The notes under the pieces are model-generated. The model did no database searches. It had not been told where the DNA came from and saw nothing but the letters and a program-made list of their open reading frames with translations. The position numbers and the translations under genes are program-made. Shown one piece after another: positions 34,581 through 47,700 of a DNA stretch of 64,000 bases. Every line of letters starts with the position of its first letter. The first letter of the stretch is position 1. Origin of the DNA: Octopus vulgaris (taxonomy: Eukaryota); NCBI GenBank assembly GCA_951406725.2, contig OX597819.1, positions 40,548,001 through 40,612,000 of the forward strand, written 5' to 3'.

Positions 34581-37500
34581 TCACATTGGTTATTAAAATA
34601 GGTACCAGTGATATTCAGAGAATTGATTTACTTGACTTTGTCCCTTCTCCTGAAAGAGTCAATTCACTCAGTCAAATTATATCAATGCCTCTGTATTTCC
34701 TGCCTATATTCTAAGGTCAGTCTACTTCCATTTGTTGAGGTAACAAACTAATGACTTTATTACTATAGCAACTGTATCTTTCTAATGTTTTGTTTAACTG
34801 TTTTGGTAACTGTCTTCTATCACCTTAAGTAATAACATCATCATCATCTTAGAACCAACCAATGCTGCCTTGTAGAGTTTATTTCTTTACTTTGTACTTA
34901 TTTGATAATGTCTAATGACTCAACCATTTCTTTTATGATCATGTTTGTAATTTTTGCATCAGTTTTATATTTTTTTACCATCATTTTCTCTTCCCCCACC
35001 CACTAAATCAGTCAGCTACATCACTTTTCTGCTAGTCATAAATAATTTGGCTGTACGGTTCAGAAGATCACTTTGCAACTATGTGGTTTCATGTTCAATC
35101 TTACATTGAAACACATTGGGCAAGTGTCTCTTACTATAGCCATGAGTCAACCAAAGTGCTGTGAGTAGAATTTGGTAGACGGAAACTGAGTGGAAACCCA
35201 TTTGAGGGACTGTGCTGTTCTTGAGATGGGCCTTAATCTATCTGTTGGTTTAACACTACCACCTGGCCCATAGATGCTTTTAGCAAAGTCTACTGTGTCA
35301 TAAGCATTCCGGCCAGATGTTAGTCTGAGGATAACATCTTCCCCATCAGTCTTGAAGGCCCTGAAAAACGTCATGGGAGCTGCCCTTCCTCCGTTGACTA
35401 AATCATAAAAAATATATGTTTATTTGGATCTGAATCCTACCAATGAACTATGTGGTGGTTACACTTACAGAAACATATATGTGGGTTTCTTCATACGCTC
35501 ACACATATGCTACCATATTAAAGCATATGCTAACAGATAGACATATGGGTTTATTCCACACTCATTTCACACAATGTAAAGACATTTATTTCATGTAGAG
35601 GTAATACATACATTTACATATTACATATGTGAATATGTGTTACATACATACATACATACATAATACACAATGTTATTCAGCTACATATACATATTGTTCA
35701 TGCAAACACACACACAAACATGCAGGCGCAATATATAACAGTATACACACACATTATGCATGCATGCATTCACACATCAAATGTAACATATGCTGATTAT
35801 ATAAAAAAAAAAGGAAGAAAAAAAAATATTGCTCCAACTTGGCTATATCCATAATTTAAACAAACTAAAAAAAAATGCAAAGAACTAAAGAACCTCACCT
35901 TCTTCTTTGGTAACAATCAATGGTACTTTCTCTCTTCAACTATTACAAACTATTGTAACAGCAACAGCTGTTTCAGAAATACACTTAGTGGCATTTGTTG
36001 CTCTTGGTGTTTTCCTCATAGCTCTTCTAAGCTCCTGACTTGGACATTGAGTACTTTCAAGCTTCCTGGTTTATCTAGTTGAAGTTTTTTTTTTCTTTCA
36101 TTCAAATTGACCTCTATTATTATTATTATGATGATTATTACAGACAGCATTTGAATGGCACAAGCTGTAGAGCTCCAGACAAAATACCTGTGGTATTTAG
36201 CTCAATTCTGAGTTCAGATCCTGTTGAGGTAAAATTTTGTCTTTCGTCCCTCTTGACAAAGCTCCAGTTATATACAGAAAGTCACTTCAATTGACAGTAT
36301 ACCTAAACCCTATAAATGTTTGACTTCATGCCACTGTAAGAAATCATTGCTGAAGATCAAGTCTTTGAATTCTATTGAACCACATTTCCGGCAGTAATAT
36401 TTATTAATTCCCTGTCAAGCCTTCCTTTAACAACAGTTGGCTTCATTAAAGAAAGAACAGGGTTGTTGTTTTTTTCTTAATAATACACACATAAACACAC
36501 ACACACACACACACATGCATATTAATGCTGGAAAATGAAGACATAGCAAGTGTAAGGTGTCAGCCTACCTCAGCCTACTGCTCTTCAGATATTACTTTGT
36601 AAAACCAATAATGAATTTTTTTTTAATATGACAAAACAAGATATTCACCAAAGTTTATTAATAAAACGAAAGAATATATAATTGACAAATGAATGCAGGG
36701 GAAAACATTTTTTGAAAGTTATTTTTAAGATTATTTTTAAAGAATCACCTCTCCCCTTCTGTTCTTGTTTTGGAAATATTTGTCTTAAAATTTTTGAAAA
36801 TATACCATTTTTCAAAATGGTAATAACTAGCTGCTATTATTTTTATTATTATTAGAATGGCAGAATTGTTAGTATGTCAGACAATTTCATGTGGTATTTC
36901 GTTTGACACTACATTCTGAGCTCAAATCCCACCAGGGTCAACTTCACCTTTCCTCCCTCTGGGAAGTGATAAAATAAAGTACCAGTTGAGTACTGGGGTC
37001 AACGGCATCGATTCCCTCCTCCCCTCGAATTGCTGGCATTGTGCCAAATTTAAAAAGAATTATTATTATTGAGCTGACAGAATTGTTAGCACACCAGGCA
37101 AAATCCTTAGTGACATTTCATCCGTCTTTACGCTTTGAATTCAAATTCCACCAAGGTCCATTCTGCCTTTCATCCTTTCAGGGGTCAATAAGTACCAGCT
37201 AAACACTGGGATCGATGTAATTGACTTATCCCATCCCCCAAAACTGCTGGCCTTGTGCCAAAATTTGAAACCATTATTATTATTATTATTAATATTATTA
37301 TTATCATTATTATATGTTTTTAAATTGTAATTTTGTTTTTAAAACTCAAAATTTTCCAGAGAATCATCAAGTCCCGAAATAAGTTTGGTTGTCAGAAGAG
37401 AGACTATAAAAAAAAGTTGTCTCTAAAGTTTTGACAAACCTTATTCATACATTTTCTCTGGTTGCATTTTTTTTTTTGCCATATAATTTTTTTTTAAGAG

Positions 37501-38021
37501 AAAAAAAACATAAAAGAAAAGTTATTTCATTTTATTTTCTTTATAATAATTATGATTTTTTTTCTTTTTAACTGTTGTATATGAAAGCTTTGAGTTTATT
37601 TTAAAAAAAGAGGTTTTCTACAAAAGAAAAAGCAAAAATAATAATTCAAACAAAAATTTAATATATTTAAAAAAAACAAAAATTGATTTAGTAAGAAAAT
37701 AGAATATGAGAACATTTTTTCTCTTTTTTTTTTGTTATTTTCTTTCCTTTTTTTTTTTTAAATGATTATCCCGAAAAAGATCATTTTTAAAAATTTCCCG
37801 AATGACTAAAATGAAGAAAAACAATAAAAGAAAAATTGAAGAAATAATGAATACATTTATTTTTCAAAAAAAAAAAAAAAACCTTAAAATTAATTTTTGA
37901 AAGACATCTCTAAGCAAGCAAAATGGTAAATTTAGAAATCTATCTTCAAACTCTTTGACCCGAATATTCTCTCTAACCTTTTAAACTTAGGGAGACATGC
38001 TTAACTCTTTATTATTAATGC

Positions 38022-38050
38022 TACTATTATTATTATCATTATTATTATCA

Positions 38051-38115
<65 letters not shown>
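38022..38115. repeat. (TTA)n microsatellite
   Basis: Direct reading. Confidence 0.95.
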
Positions 38116-38116
<1 letters not shown>

Positions 38117-40635
38117 TTGTTTAATGTTTTCTGCTTGAATGAAAACATGGAAACAATAAAAATAATGAAACATGAAAAAAATATATAATTTTAAAAAGTT
38201 GAAAGGAAAAAAAAAAGAAAGAAAGCAAGCAGATGAGGATACAATTTCTATTTTTTAGTGCCACTTATCAACTATATCACTGAACACTGTTTGTAAATAT
38301 ATCAGCAGATAAAAAGCTTTCATTTCTTGTATGCATGTTAATATATGTGTGTGTATCATGTATGTATATAATGTATATAGAAAAAGCACAATAACTAAGT
38401 GCGTAAGATAGAGAGCTCTTGAGATGGGTGTATGAGTTCATATCATGATAAAAGGCATTGTGTTATTATTGAAAATAGAAGGTACATAACTTGTGTTCCT
38501 CTCTGCTGAACGACAGCAGTAAGGACATGCATGAGGAGAGTCTGGTATCTTAGATCCCAAGATAGACATGACATCTTGCCCAAGCTTGTTTTGTGACTGT
38601 GCATAACCATTATGTATTGAAGCAGAGAAAAACCTGTTTTTGTGCCTCTTCGTTTGTGTTACTCAAGTGTGTATGTATGATGCCTTTTTTAATTTTTTTT
38701 TTTTTTACCCCCTGTAAAATTTTGAAATAGGAATTATGAAACTTAAAATTTTAATTTAATATTTCAGTGTTTTTTTCTTTTTTTTTCTTTTTTTTTTTTG
38801 CAGTTTCTTCCCAATGCCCCTCTCCTCCCACCTCTCACCACTGTCAAATTTTTGTTTTCTTTGAAAGAGGAAAAGAAATACGAAGTTCTATCGAGGTTGT
38901 TTGCATGATATACTAATAAATAAATAAAAAATCAATTTTCATGCTTGCCAGTTCTATAAGTTCAGCTGTTTGGTTGGACAGTATCCTTAACAAAGACAGG
39001 ATGGTCACAGCTTAAAAATTAGTAAAATTATAGCATTTTATTTTTTAACAACAGTATCCCGAACTTCAATAGCAGATCTCAAGTTTTATTATAAGTCCTG
39101 TAGTTTTTACTTGGATTGCTTATATAACAACTCTGAGTTTGAAATCTGCTTCTGATTTGAAAAAAGTATATGTTTATAGGAGTTTGAGTTTGTAACTTTA
39201 GCACTAAGCTCTCAATTTCTGTGCCATGGTTTTCCTCACTCCTCCATTTAAAACCACTTTAGATTATACATGGTGAAAGTGCATGTTCTAGTGATTAGAA
39301 GTGTTTAACTCATTAGGTCATGGTTTCAATTCCTGGACCAGGCAGCACAATGATGTCTTTGAGCAAAGCACTTTATTTTACATTGCTCCAGCTTAATCAG
39401 CTGAAAAGAGTGCCAACTGTGTGCTGGTACAGTTCTCTCTTTCTCTCTCTCCTTCTTGCTGTCACATTTTGAATATGTCACTGGATCAAGAGTGAGAGGT
39501 TCAAGAGGGTGTCTGTATCTGCTCAAAACTAATATAGCACCTAAAACAATGAGCAAAATCATGGTGTGTGTCACCAAGCCATACTCACCTGCAAGTGACC
39601 ACTGGCTGTACAGATTATCTACATTGTCATTCAGTATATTTATTCTAATTTTGATCTTACTGTTTCATACCAACTTATCTATTGGATCATATTTATGTTC
39701 TTCTCTATCTTTTCATACCTTCTCAGGTATTTCTTTTTTATCATTCTCTATTTCTGTTCATATATATATATTTTTGTTTTGCCATCTCCCAAATTGCTTT
39801 ATATGAATTATTTTTGTGTTTTTTTTAACTTGTTATTCTCTCACTTATCAATACCCACCCCCTCCTTGCCACTACCTAAAACTAATTTATTCTGATTTTG
39901 TGACTTTTTCTTTGTATTTTATGTATTTTGTGGAAATATCATATAATCTGCCCTACAGTGGATGTGGATTAATATGATATTTAAAGAAATTATGAGAAAA
40001 TAATCTTTTATTTAAATTTTTTTTTTGTGCATAAATAATGTTAAAGAAAAACCAAATAGATTGGAAAATATTGAAGACAATGATATGATAGAGTGAGATT
40101 AATTTTGATTTTATTTTCCATCTTGATGACCACTGTCATTATCATCATCATCATTTGATTGATTAGCAGGATCAATTAGAGCATAAGACAATGTTTCTTT
40201 TTGGTTCCTTACATTCTGAGTTTGAACCCTACCAAGGTCAACTTTGTCTTTCATCCCCCTGGGATTGATAATATAAAGTACAAGTCAAGCACTGGGGTTG
40301 ATTTAACTAACTCCCTCATCTTAAAATTGCTGGCCTTGTGCCTAAATCAGAAACTATTATTTTATTATTCTTATTATTATTATCATCATCATTTTTATTA
40401 TTATTATTATTATCATCAAGACAGTGGGTTGGCAGAATTGTTAGCATGCTGGGCGAAATGCTTAGCGGTATATTTTGCCCATCCTTATGTTTTGAGTTCA
40501 AATTCCACCGTGGTTGACTTTACCTTTCATCCTTTCAGGGTCGATAAAATAAGTACCAGTTGAATACTGGAGTCGATGTAATCAACTTATCTCCACCCCC
40601 AAACTTACTGGCCTTGTGCCAAAATTTGAAACCAT

Positions 40636-40676
<41 letters not shown>

Positions 40677-42887
40677 TTTCTTCATCATCATCAGTTTTTG
40701 TGTTTACAACTATTACATAGAAATATTTAATTATATTACCAGACTCATCTTGGTGTGCCTCAGGTATATATGTGTTGCATGTATAAATTGTGACTTTTAG
40801 AAGCAGATTTCGTTCAAATTCATCTGTTTTATGGTTTTCACCTTTACTGTTATATCATAATTAATTTATATAAGAAATTGTTATTATTATTATCTGTAAC
40901 ATTGTCATTATTATGTAAAATTGATTTTAATTATTTTTTCAATTACTATGATAATGATGATTTTTTAATTTTCATTTTTATTTTTACTACCATGCTTATT
41001 TGTTTCTTTAAACAATTACAATCTCCTGAAAATAAGCACCTCAACCCGACTCCTAAATTTACAGATAAGCTTTTAAAATTCCAATTTTCAAACAGATTTT
41101 GTTATCAATATTTTTTTTTATATATATGAACATACAAAGGCTAACTTGCCCTCAAACACAGCCACCAGCTTGCACAGAAGAAACACAAAATAACTGTAAT
41201 TTCTAGGGAAGCAAGCAAACAAGCATGCGCACACACCCAAACATGCTTACATGCATGCAAATCACATAAAATATGAAATATATGGTTTTTTTGACTTCAA
41301 AATGTAGGATGCTTATATAAATATCATTGTACTTTCAAACATTTAGAGCAAAGTAAATTGTGTCTGCATGTATGTATATGTATGCATTTGTGTGTGTGTG
41401 TATATATATGTACATATAATACACACCGAAATATTAGCAATATTATTGATGTAGAAGTACATTTCAATAATAATAGCCTTTAAGAAAACATAAAGATCAC
41501 TTTTACTCTTGTTTCATGTTGTCTACTATGTTTCTGTATGTAAAATATTCCAACTCCATCCCAAACCAGAACTAATGCTGGTAAGATGTATAGGATTGCC
41601 TGTCCTTCGTACCTATCCTCTTTCTATGAAATGCCCGACTCTAGAGAAACTCTACATAGACTACATTTAAATCACACGAAACACCCGACTTTTGATTCTT
41701 AATTTAAAAACAAACATCCGTAATTTCAAATTCATATTTCCTAAAAAGAAAAAAATTTCATAACTAAACACTTGTACCCGACTTATACATAATGATAAAG
41801 TTTTGACCCACATGGAAATAACTTTTATAATTTTATGCTACCAGTGTCTCCATGCAAGAGATGGGTTTTGTTTGGAGTAGCATTTAAAGGAATCATCAAC
41901 TTCTAATGAATATGTAAAGTGTTTTACATGTACTAATGTTTTTCCCTCACACTTGTACATTTAAATGCATGTGTGTGTGTCATCCTCAACATCATTGCTA
42001 TTTTACATTCGTTTCCACCTTGGCATATACTTGATAGATTATTGTGATTTGTGTCAGCTCTTGTTCAAACGAACTGCCCTCCTAGATGGGTTGGGAAATG
42101 ACATCTCATTTGTACTTTTCATCTGGCATGGTTTTTAACTGCTGGATATCCCTTCCAACACAAACCATTTTACAGAGTGTGCTAATGTATTATATCATAG
42201 TGCCAGCACTGGAGCAGTTGTCTTGTCTGTTACTTTCTCTGTTTGTTAATGCAAACATGACCGAGAAGGTGAAAAGAAGGAAGAGCATAAATATGATGGG
42301 TGAGTGAATTGGAGCGAATGTGATGATAGGAGAAAAGGTTAATAGAATAGAGTGATCCATAGTTACATGTTGTGGGTGGGGAAGAATGATATAAATCCAC
42401 GATGCTGAGAGAGTTTTCTCAACTAGGAATGATAGGCAGGAATAATGTGAGGTTGAGAGATTAGTGGATAGCAATATAAAGTTGGTGTTAGTAAGAGAGA
42501 ATGATGGCTAGCCAGCCTTATTATACAGGCATCATGATGGTAGAGAGGTAGAATGAGGAAAGATGATGTGTGGGAGCACAGACAGATTCAGTGCCATCAT
42601 TTGTTGTATATTTGTGATATGGTACAATGGATAGTGGGGGAAAGCGAGAAAGTAACATAGAGGGCAGTAGGTGGAGAGTTAACAAGAAAATAATAGATGA
42701 GAGATCCAGCCTAGTCTCCATCTCCAACTCCACCATTTTCACAATTGATTTTTTTTTTACTCTGCTTGCATGGGGAGGCTTGTCACCTCCAGCATTGTGT
42801 CTGCCTCTCATTATAGTTCTTTGTCAGTTTCCAAAGATCAGTCTTCACTTTGCCCGCACGTACCATACAATCATCTCAACAACATGC

Positions 42888-42934
<47 letters not shown>

Positions 42935-42945
42935 GATGGTTACCT

Positions 42946-43405
42946 TCATCATCATCATCATCATCGTTTAACGTCCGCTTTCCATGCTAGCATGGGTTGA
43001 ACGGTTCAACTGGGGTCTGGCAAGCCCGAAGGCTGCACCAGGCCAGTCAGATCTGGCAGTGTTTCTACAGCTGGATGCCAACCACTCCGAGAGTGTAGTG
43101 GGTGATTTTATGTGCCACCGACACAGGTGCCAGACAGGGCTGGCAGACGGCCACACTCGGATGGTGTTTTTTATGTGCCACCGACACAGGTGCCAGACGA
43201 GGCTGGCAGACGGCCACGCTCGGATGGTGTTTTCGGTGTTTTCTTATGTGCCACCGACACAGGTGCCAGATGAGGCTGGCGAACGGCCACAATCGGATGG
43301 TGTTTGTTACGTGCCCACAGCACGGAGGCCAGTCGATGCGGTACTGGCTGCGGTCCCATTCGGATGGTTTTCTTATGTGCCACCGGCACTGGTACCACAA
43401 GGATA
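42946..43405 (-). mobile_element. RTE 3'-UTR copy with five ~60-bp tandem units
   Basis: (CAT)n tail, TTCCATGCTAGCATGGGTTG, repeated GGTG..TTATGTGCCACCGACAC. Confidence 0.85.
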
Positions 43406-43526
43406 TAATTAGTCTTCACCTATCAACATAGTTTGGATAAAAGAAAATTTAAAAAAATACTATGTCACTTGTATATCAATGATTTCTGTCTATCACTTCT
43501 CTCTCTCCCTCTCTCTTTTTGTATAC

Positions 43527-43559
<33 letters not shown>

Positions 43560-43643
43560 TATATATATATATGTATGTATGTATGTATATATATATGTGT
43601 GTGTGTGTATGTATGTATGTATATATATATATGTATATATGTA

Positions 43644-43690
<47 letters not shown>

Positions 43691-44521
43691 GCTGCAAAGA
43701 TGATGATAGGTATAACACAAAGAGAAATTAAAAAATAAAGAGTTGATATTAGTTTGACACTCAGGAAGTGGGGGGGAAATGAAACAAATCTCTTTAACAG
43801 TTTGAGTATCCACTATTCTTCCAAAAGGTAGAATATATGTAAAATGAATAAATGGAAAAGGAAATACTATCTGTATATATATATGTGTATGTATGTATGT
43901 ATGTCATGAGCCAAATCTTCAAATTACCTTTCATCTTAAAACAGACATGTTCAATAATATAGTTCTAGATACACTTGTCTAAAAGTAGATCGGATAGTTA
44001 TGGCTGCAATGCTTTCTTTGGTGATAGACCTGGGAGTGTACAACACTTTTTTTTTATTATCCTGAATGTTATGGGTGGGTAAAAATCATGTAGAAAGAAT
44101 ACCAACACAAATGATGAATAGTAACAATAATAATGAAAATAGGCCATTTTGCAAAGTCTTTGATAATTGTATGCAAAAACAAGGTATGAGAGACATTTTA
44201 TTTTATTTTAATAGTGCTGTAGCTTTTACCTCTTCATATTTTAATCAAATACTAAAAATATTTTTTTTTTATGAACTAAAATTCAGACAGGTATTTTTTC
44301 TTTCATTTTTTTTATACATATATATATATAAAAGTTGAATCAGTAAACCCGAATCATTTAAATGTTTTTGCGCATGTATAAATGCATATATGTGATGTGA
44401 ATATGGGTATATGTATGTATGTATGTATGTATGAATGAATGAATGAACGAACACTGCTCCTAAATAAACTGAGTCCTTTACTCAGTCTCAGTTTCCCATT
44501 GAAGCTATTTCGCTTCATTAA

Positions 44522-44740
44522 CTCTTTAGCATTCAGATTATTCTGTCAAATGTAATGCTTTTCCTTTCACATTGTTTTCAATTAATCATGCATTATTTTG
44601 TAGCTTTGAAATTTTGATGATGTGATTGTATATTTTTAGAATGGCATTCAAGAGTAGGTGTGTTAGGCTGGGTCTTCCTGTTTGAACATAAAACAGGTAG
44701 CATATTTGGGCTACATATGGCTGGTTTAAATGCTAAAGAG
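44522..44740. mobile_element. piggyBac-type MITE (second family)
   Basis: TIR CTCTTTAGCATT / AATGCTAAAGAG with TTAA both sides; related decayed copies at ~27265-27460 and ~31025-31268. Confidence 0.8.
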
Positions 44741-47700
44741 TTAATACCTTCGACATGGCATTTATGTCACTCATTCACATTTTACTGCCAAACTCTCCCA
44801 AAATAAAATCTTAAATTCTAGGCTAATGGAAGAAACAAAATTTGACTATTATTACATATTCTTCATGGGACTGTCACATTAAGTTGACAACATACCATCA
44901 CTTTATCATGCTGCTACTGTATAAATCTCTCTGAGAGATTTAGAAATGTATTATTTCTATCGCTTTTTGAATGGCGGTGCCCCAGCATGGCCACAGCTCG
45001 TGAGCTGAAACTAGATAAAATAAATAAAATAAAATAATGTTTGTATCTACTATTTACTATATTAATACCTTAATTTGCATTCATGCATATGCAGTGTTTT
45101 TTTCTCGTTATCTCCAATGTTGTTTAACTGTAGTTCATTTTATATCGTCCCTTTTGATAAGTTAGTGTTTTTCTTTCTCTTTTTTTTTTATTGATTCTTT
45201 TCTTTTCTGTATTTTTCTGTGTTATCTTTTCACGTTATCTCTACGAATTTCATGTCATCTGTAATTCTAAAATCATGCTCCCGAAACATTTAAAATGAAG
45301 CCTCTGATTATTCCTAATGAAAATCAAAACTTTCAAATGCAAATAATAATAATAACACAGGTTTGTTCCTATTAAAATATTTATTACTACATTCATAATA
45401 AAACTTAAATCATGAGATAGGTTTTTATGCAGTGGCTTCCAATTTTTCTAACTTACTATATAGTTCTCTTCCTTTAAAACAGGTTAAAATAAATTGCATA
45501 TCATTGTTAAATGTCATACTGTTCTATCTTTAAAGAATACTATCTCAGTTAGTGTAATATATATTTTTGTCAGCAGGCTATGTTACTATATTCGTTACAT
45601 TTGTAACAAAAATATTTTACGTATGGCTTTTAGATTTCAATAGAAAGGTGTTTGTTTAAAACTGGAAAGTATTTTGTTAGTTACAAAACTATGTATGTTC
45701 ATGAGTGCAGATATAATGGTCATATAATAGATTCTCAAAGTGAGTAACATCTAAAATATCCTTTGCATTTTTATTCACTCTTAGTTTAAAATGCATATAT
45801 ATATATATATATTATAATTCTCTCGTTGAATATAATATACACTGTAGTGTGTAGAGGTAAATGATTTTTTTTTTTTTCAATATCTAATTGGGGTTTTCAA
45901 ATAGTAGTAAGATCTACATTATTGAGAAAAACATTATTATGGTGTGCCTCTGTGAAGGTACATAACTCTGCTAGCTTGACTGACAAATTGACTTTCCCTC
46001 TACTTCCCATTTGGTTAGCAGTGAGAAAGATTTGGTATCCGACTGTGTACAAGAATACAGTTTCTTTGCACGCAATAAACCATTTCAATTATATATTGCA
46101 CTGACTTGAACTTTCTTATTTCTATGTTCTAGATGTCACCTAAGTACAAGTTAAACTTCATAAAATATGATGTGTAATAATACAGAATGGTTTTTTTTTT
46201 TTCTAATTTTCTTTTATTTTATTCTATTCCTAGAATTATCTATTAGCAGCTTATGATTGCATGCTGCTTCTTGATTTATGAACAGCATGCATATCTTAAC
46301 AATTTTCATTTTATAATAGTTAATATGAAGCATTGTGGAAATAGAGTAATAGCATTTAAGAAAGCTGCCTCAATGTAAATTTGGAAATAAAGCATAAACA
46401 GAAACGTTGTTTACCATTCGTTTCTCAACTTACATTGTTGTGGCTTTCTTAAACTCTGTTTCTTCTGACAGAACCATTAGCATGCTAGGCAAAATGCTTA
46501 GCAGTATTTCGTCCATCTTTATGTTTTGAGTTCAAATTCCACTAAGGTTGACTTTGCCTTTCATCCCTTCAGAGTCAATAAAATAAGTACCAGTCGAACA
46601 GTTAATGTAATAGACTTGTCCTCTCCTCTGGAAATGCTGGCCTTGTGCAAAAATTTGAAACCATTATTTTAACTTCATTTGATATTCAACTATTCATTTA
46701 AAATACTTCCTTCGTTTCATTTTTTTTTTCTCTGTATTATGACTCTCATCATCTTCATTTCACTATAAACTGCCAAAATTGGTGACACTTGGTCATCTAA
46801 CTTGGAAACTTTAGACCAGTAGTAGCTGGGTTTTTGTTTTGATTTTTGATTATTTTAAAATATAAGTAATATGTGCTGTTCTATGCCATCAGCTCTGATA
46901 CCTTCTTTTCTGTATCATGTATGACTCTAGACTTACTAATGGACTATCTTATCTGATAACTTCACAGTTACACTTTTGAAATGTGATATCCTGATGTGAA
47001 CAAAATTGTCACTTTTCATTGTTATTGTTTACTCATATTTTAAGTAATGATAATGGTTTTACAGTAGCTTTAGTCTTACTTCAATTTATATAACATTAAA
47101 AAAAAAATTAATTTACCTTTCAACATCAAAATTATCAAAATGCAAAACAAATTTTTTTCCCCAGTTACAGTGCATGTTTGATGTAAAAAAAAAGAATTTG
47201 TGTGTGTGTGTGTGTGTATGCATATAGATAATTCCAGTGTTAAAATTTCTGCAGAAGCTGCCAGATATGTAAATTGCTTGCATGCAATATTATTGGAGCT
47301 CATTTTCCAAGATTTTAACTTTTATCATTTTCTTCCCATAGGAGTATAGTATTTGAAGTATAAACAGTTATTAGCAGTAATCATTATAGGGCTTAATGTT
47401 ATTCATTATTATTGGGTGGCTGGATTAATAGAATCATTAGAGCATTGGAAAAAAAATACCTTGTGGTATTTGTTCTAGCTCTTTACTTTCTGAGTTCAAA
47501 TGCTGCCAACATCAAGTCCGTCATTTATCCTTTCAGGGACAATAAAATGAAGTACTTGTCAAGTGCTGGGGTTTGATAAGACAATCCCTTGAAACCTGTT
47601 GGCTTTTTGCCTAATTTAGAAACAAGAAATTATTATTATTATTATCAACATCATTGTCATCCATGATTATTGACAAACCATTTTATATTGTATAATATTT

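Noticed and set aside
35890-36080. Possible exon (hydrophobic + frame; AAG|GTGAGG donor on -)
   Set aside because: No start or good acceptor on +; all three - frames closed shortly before the donor
43433-43813. Short ORFs rich in YI/CV/HT (also near 3900, 9650, 25750, 38000, 62150-62800)
   Set aside because: Translations of microsatellites
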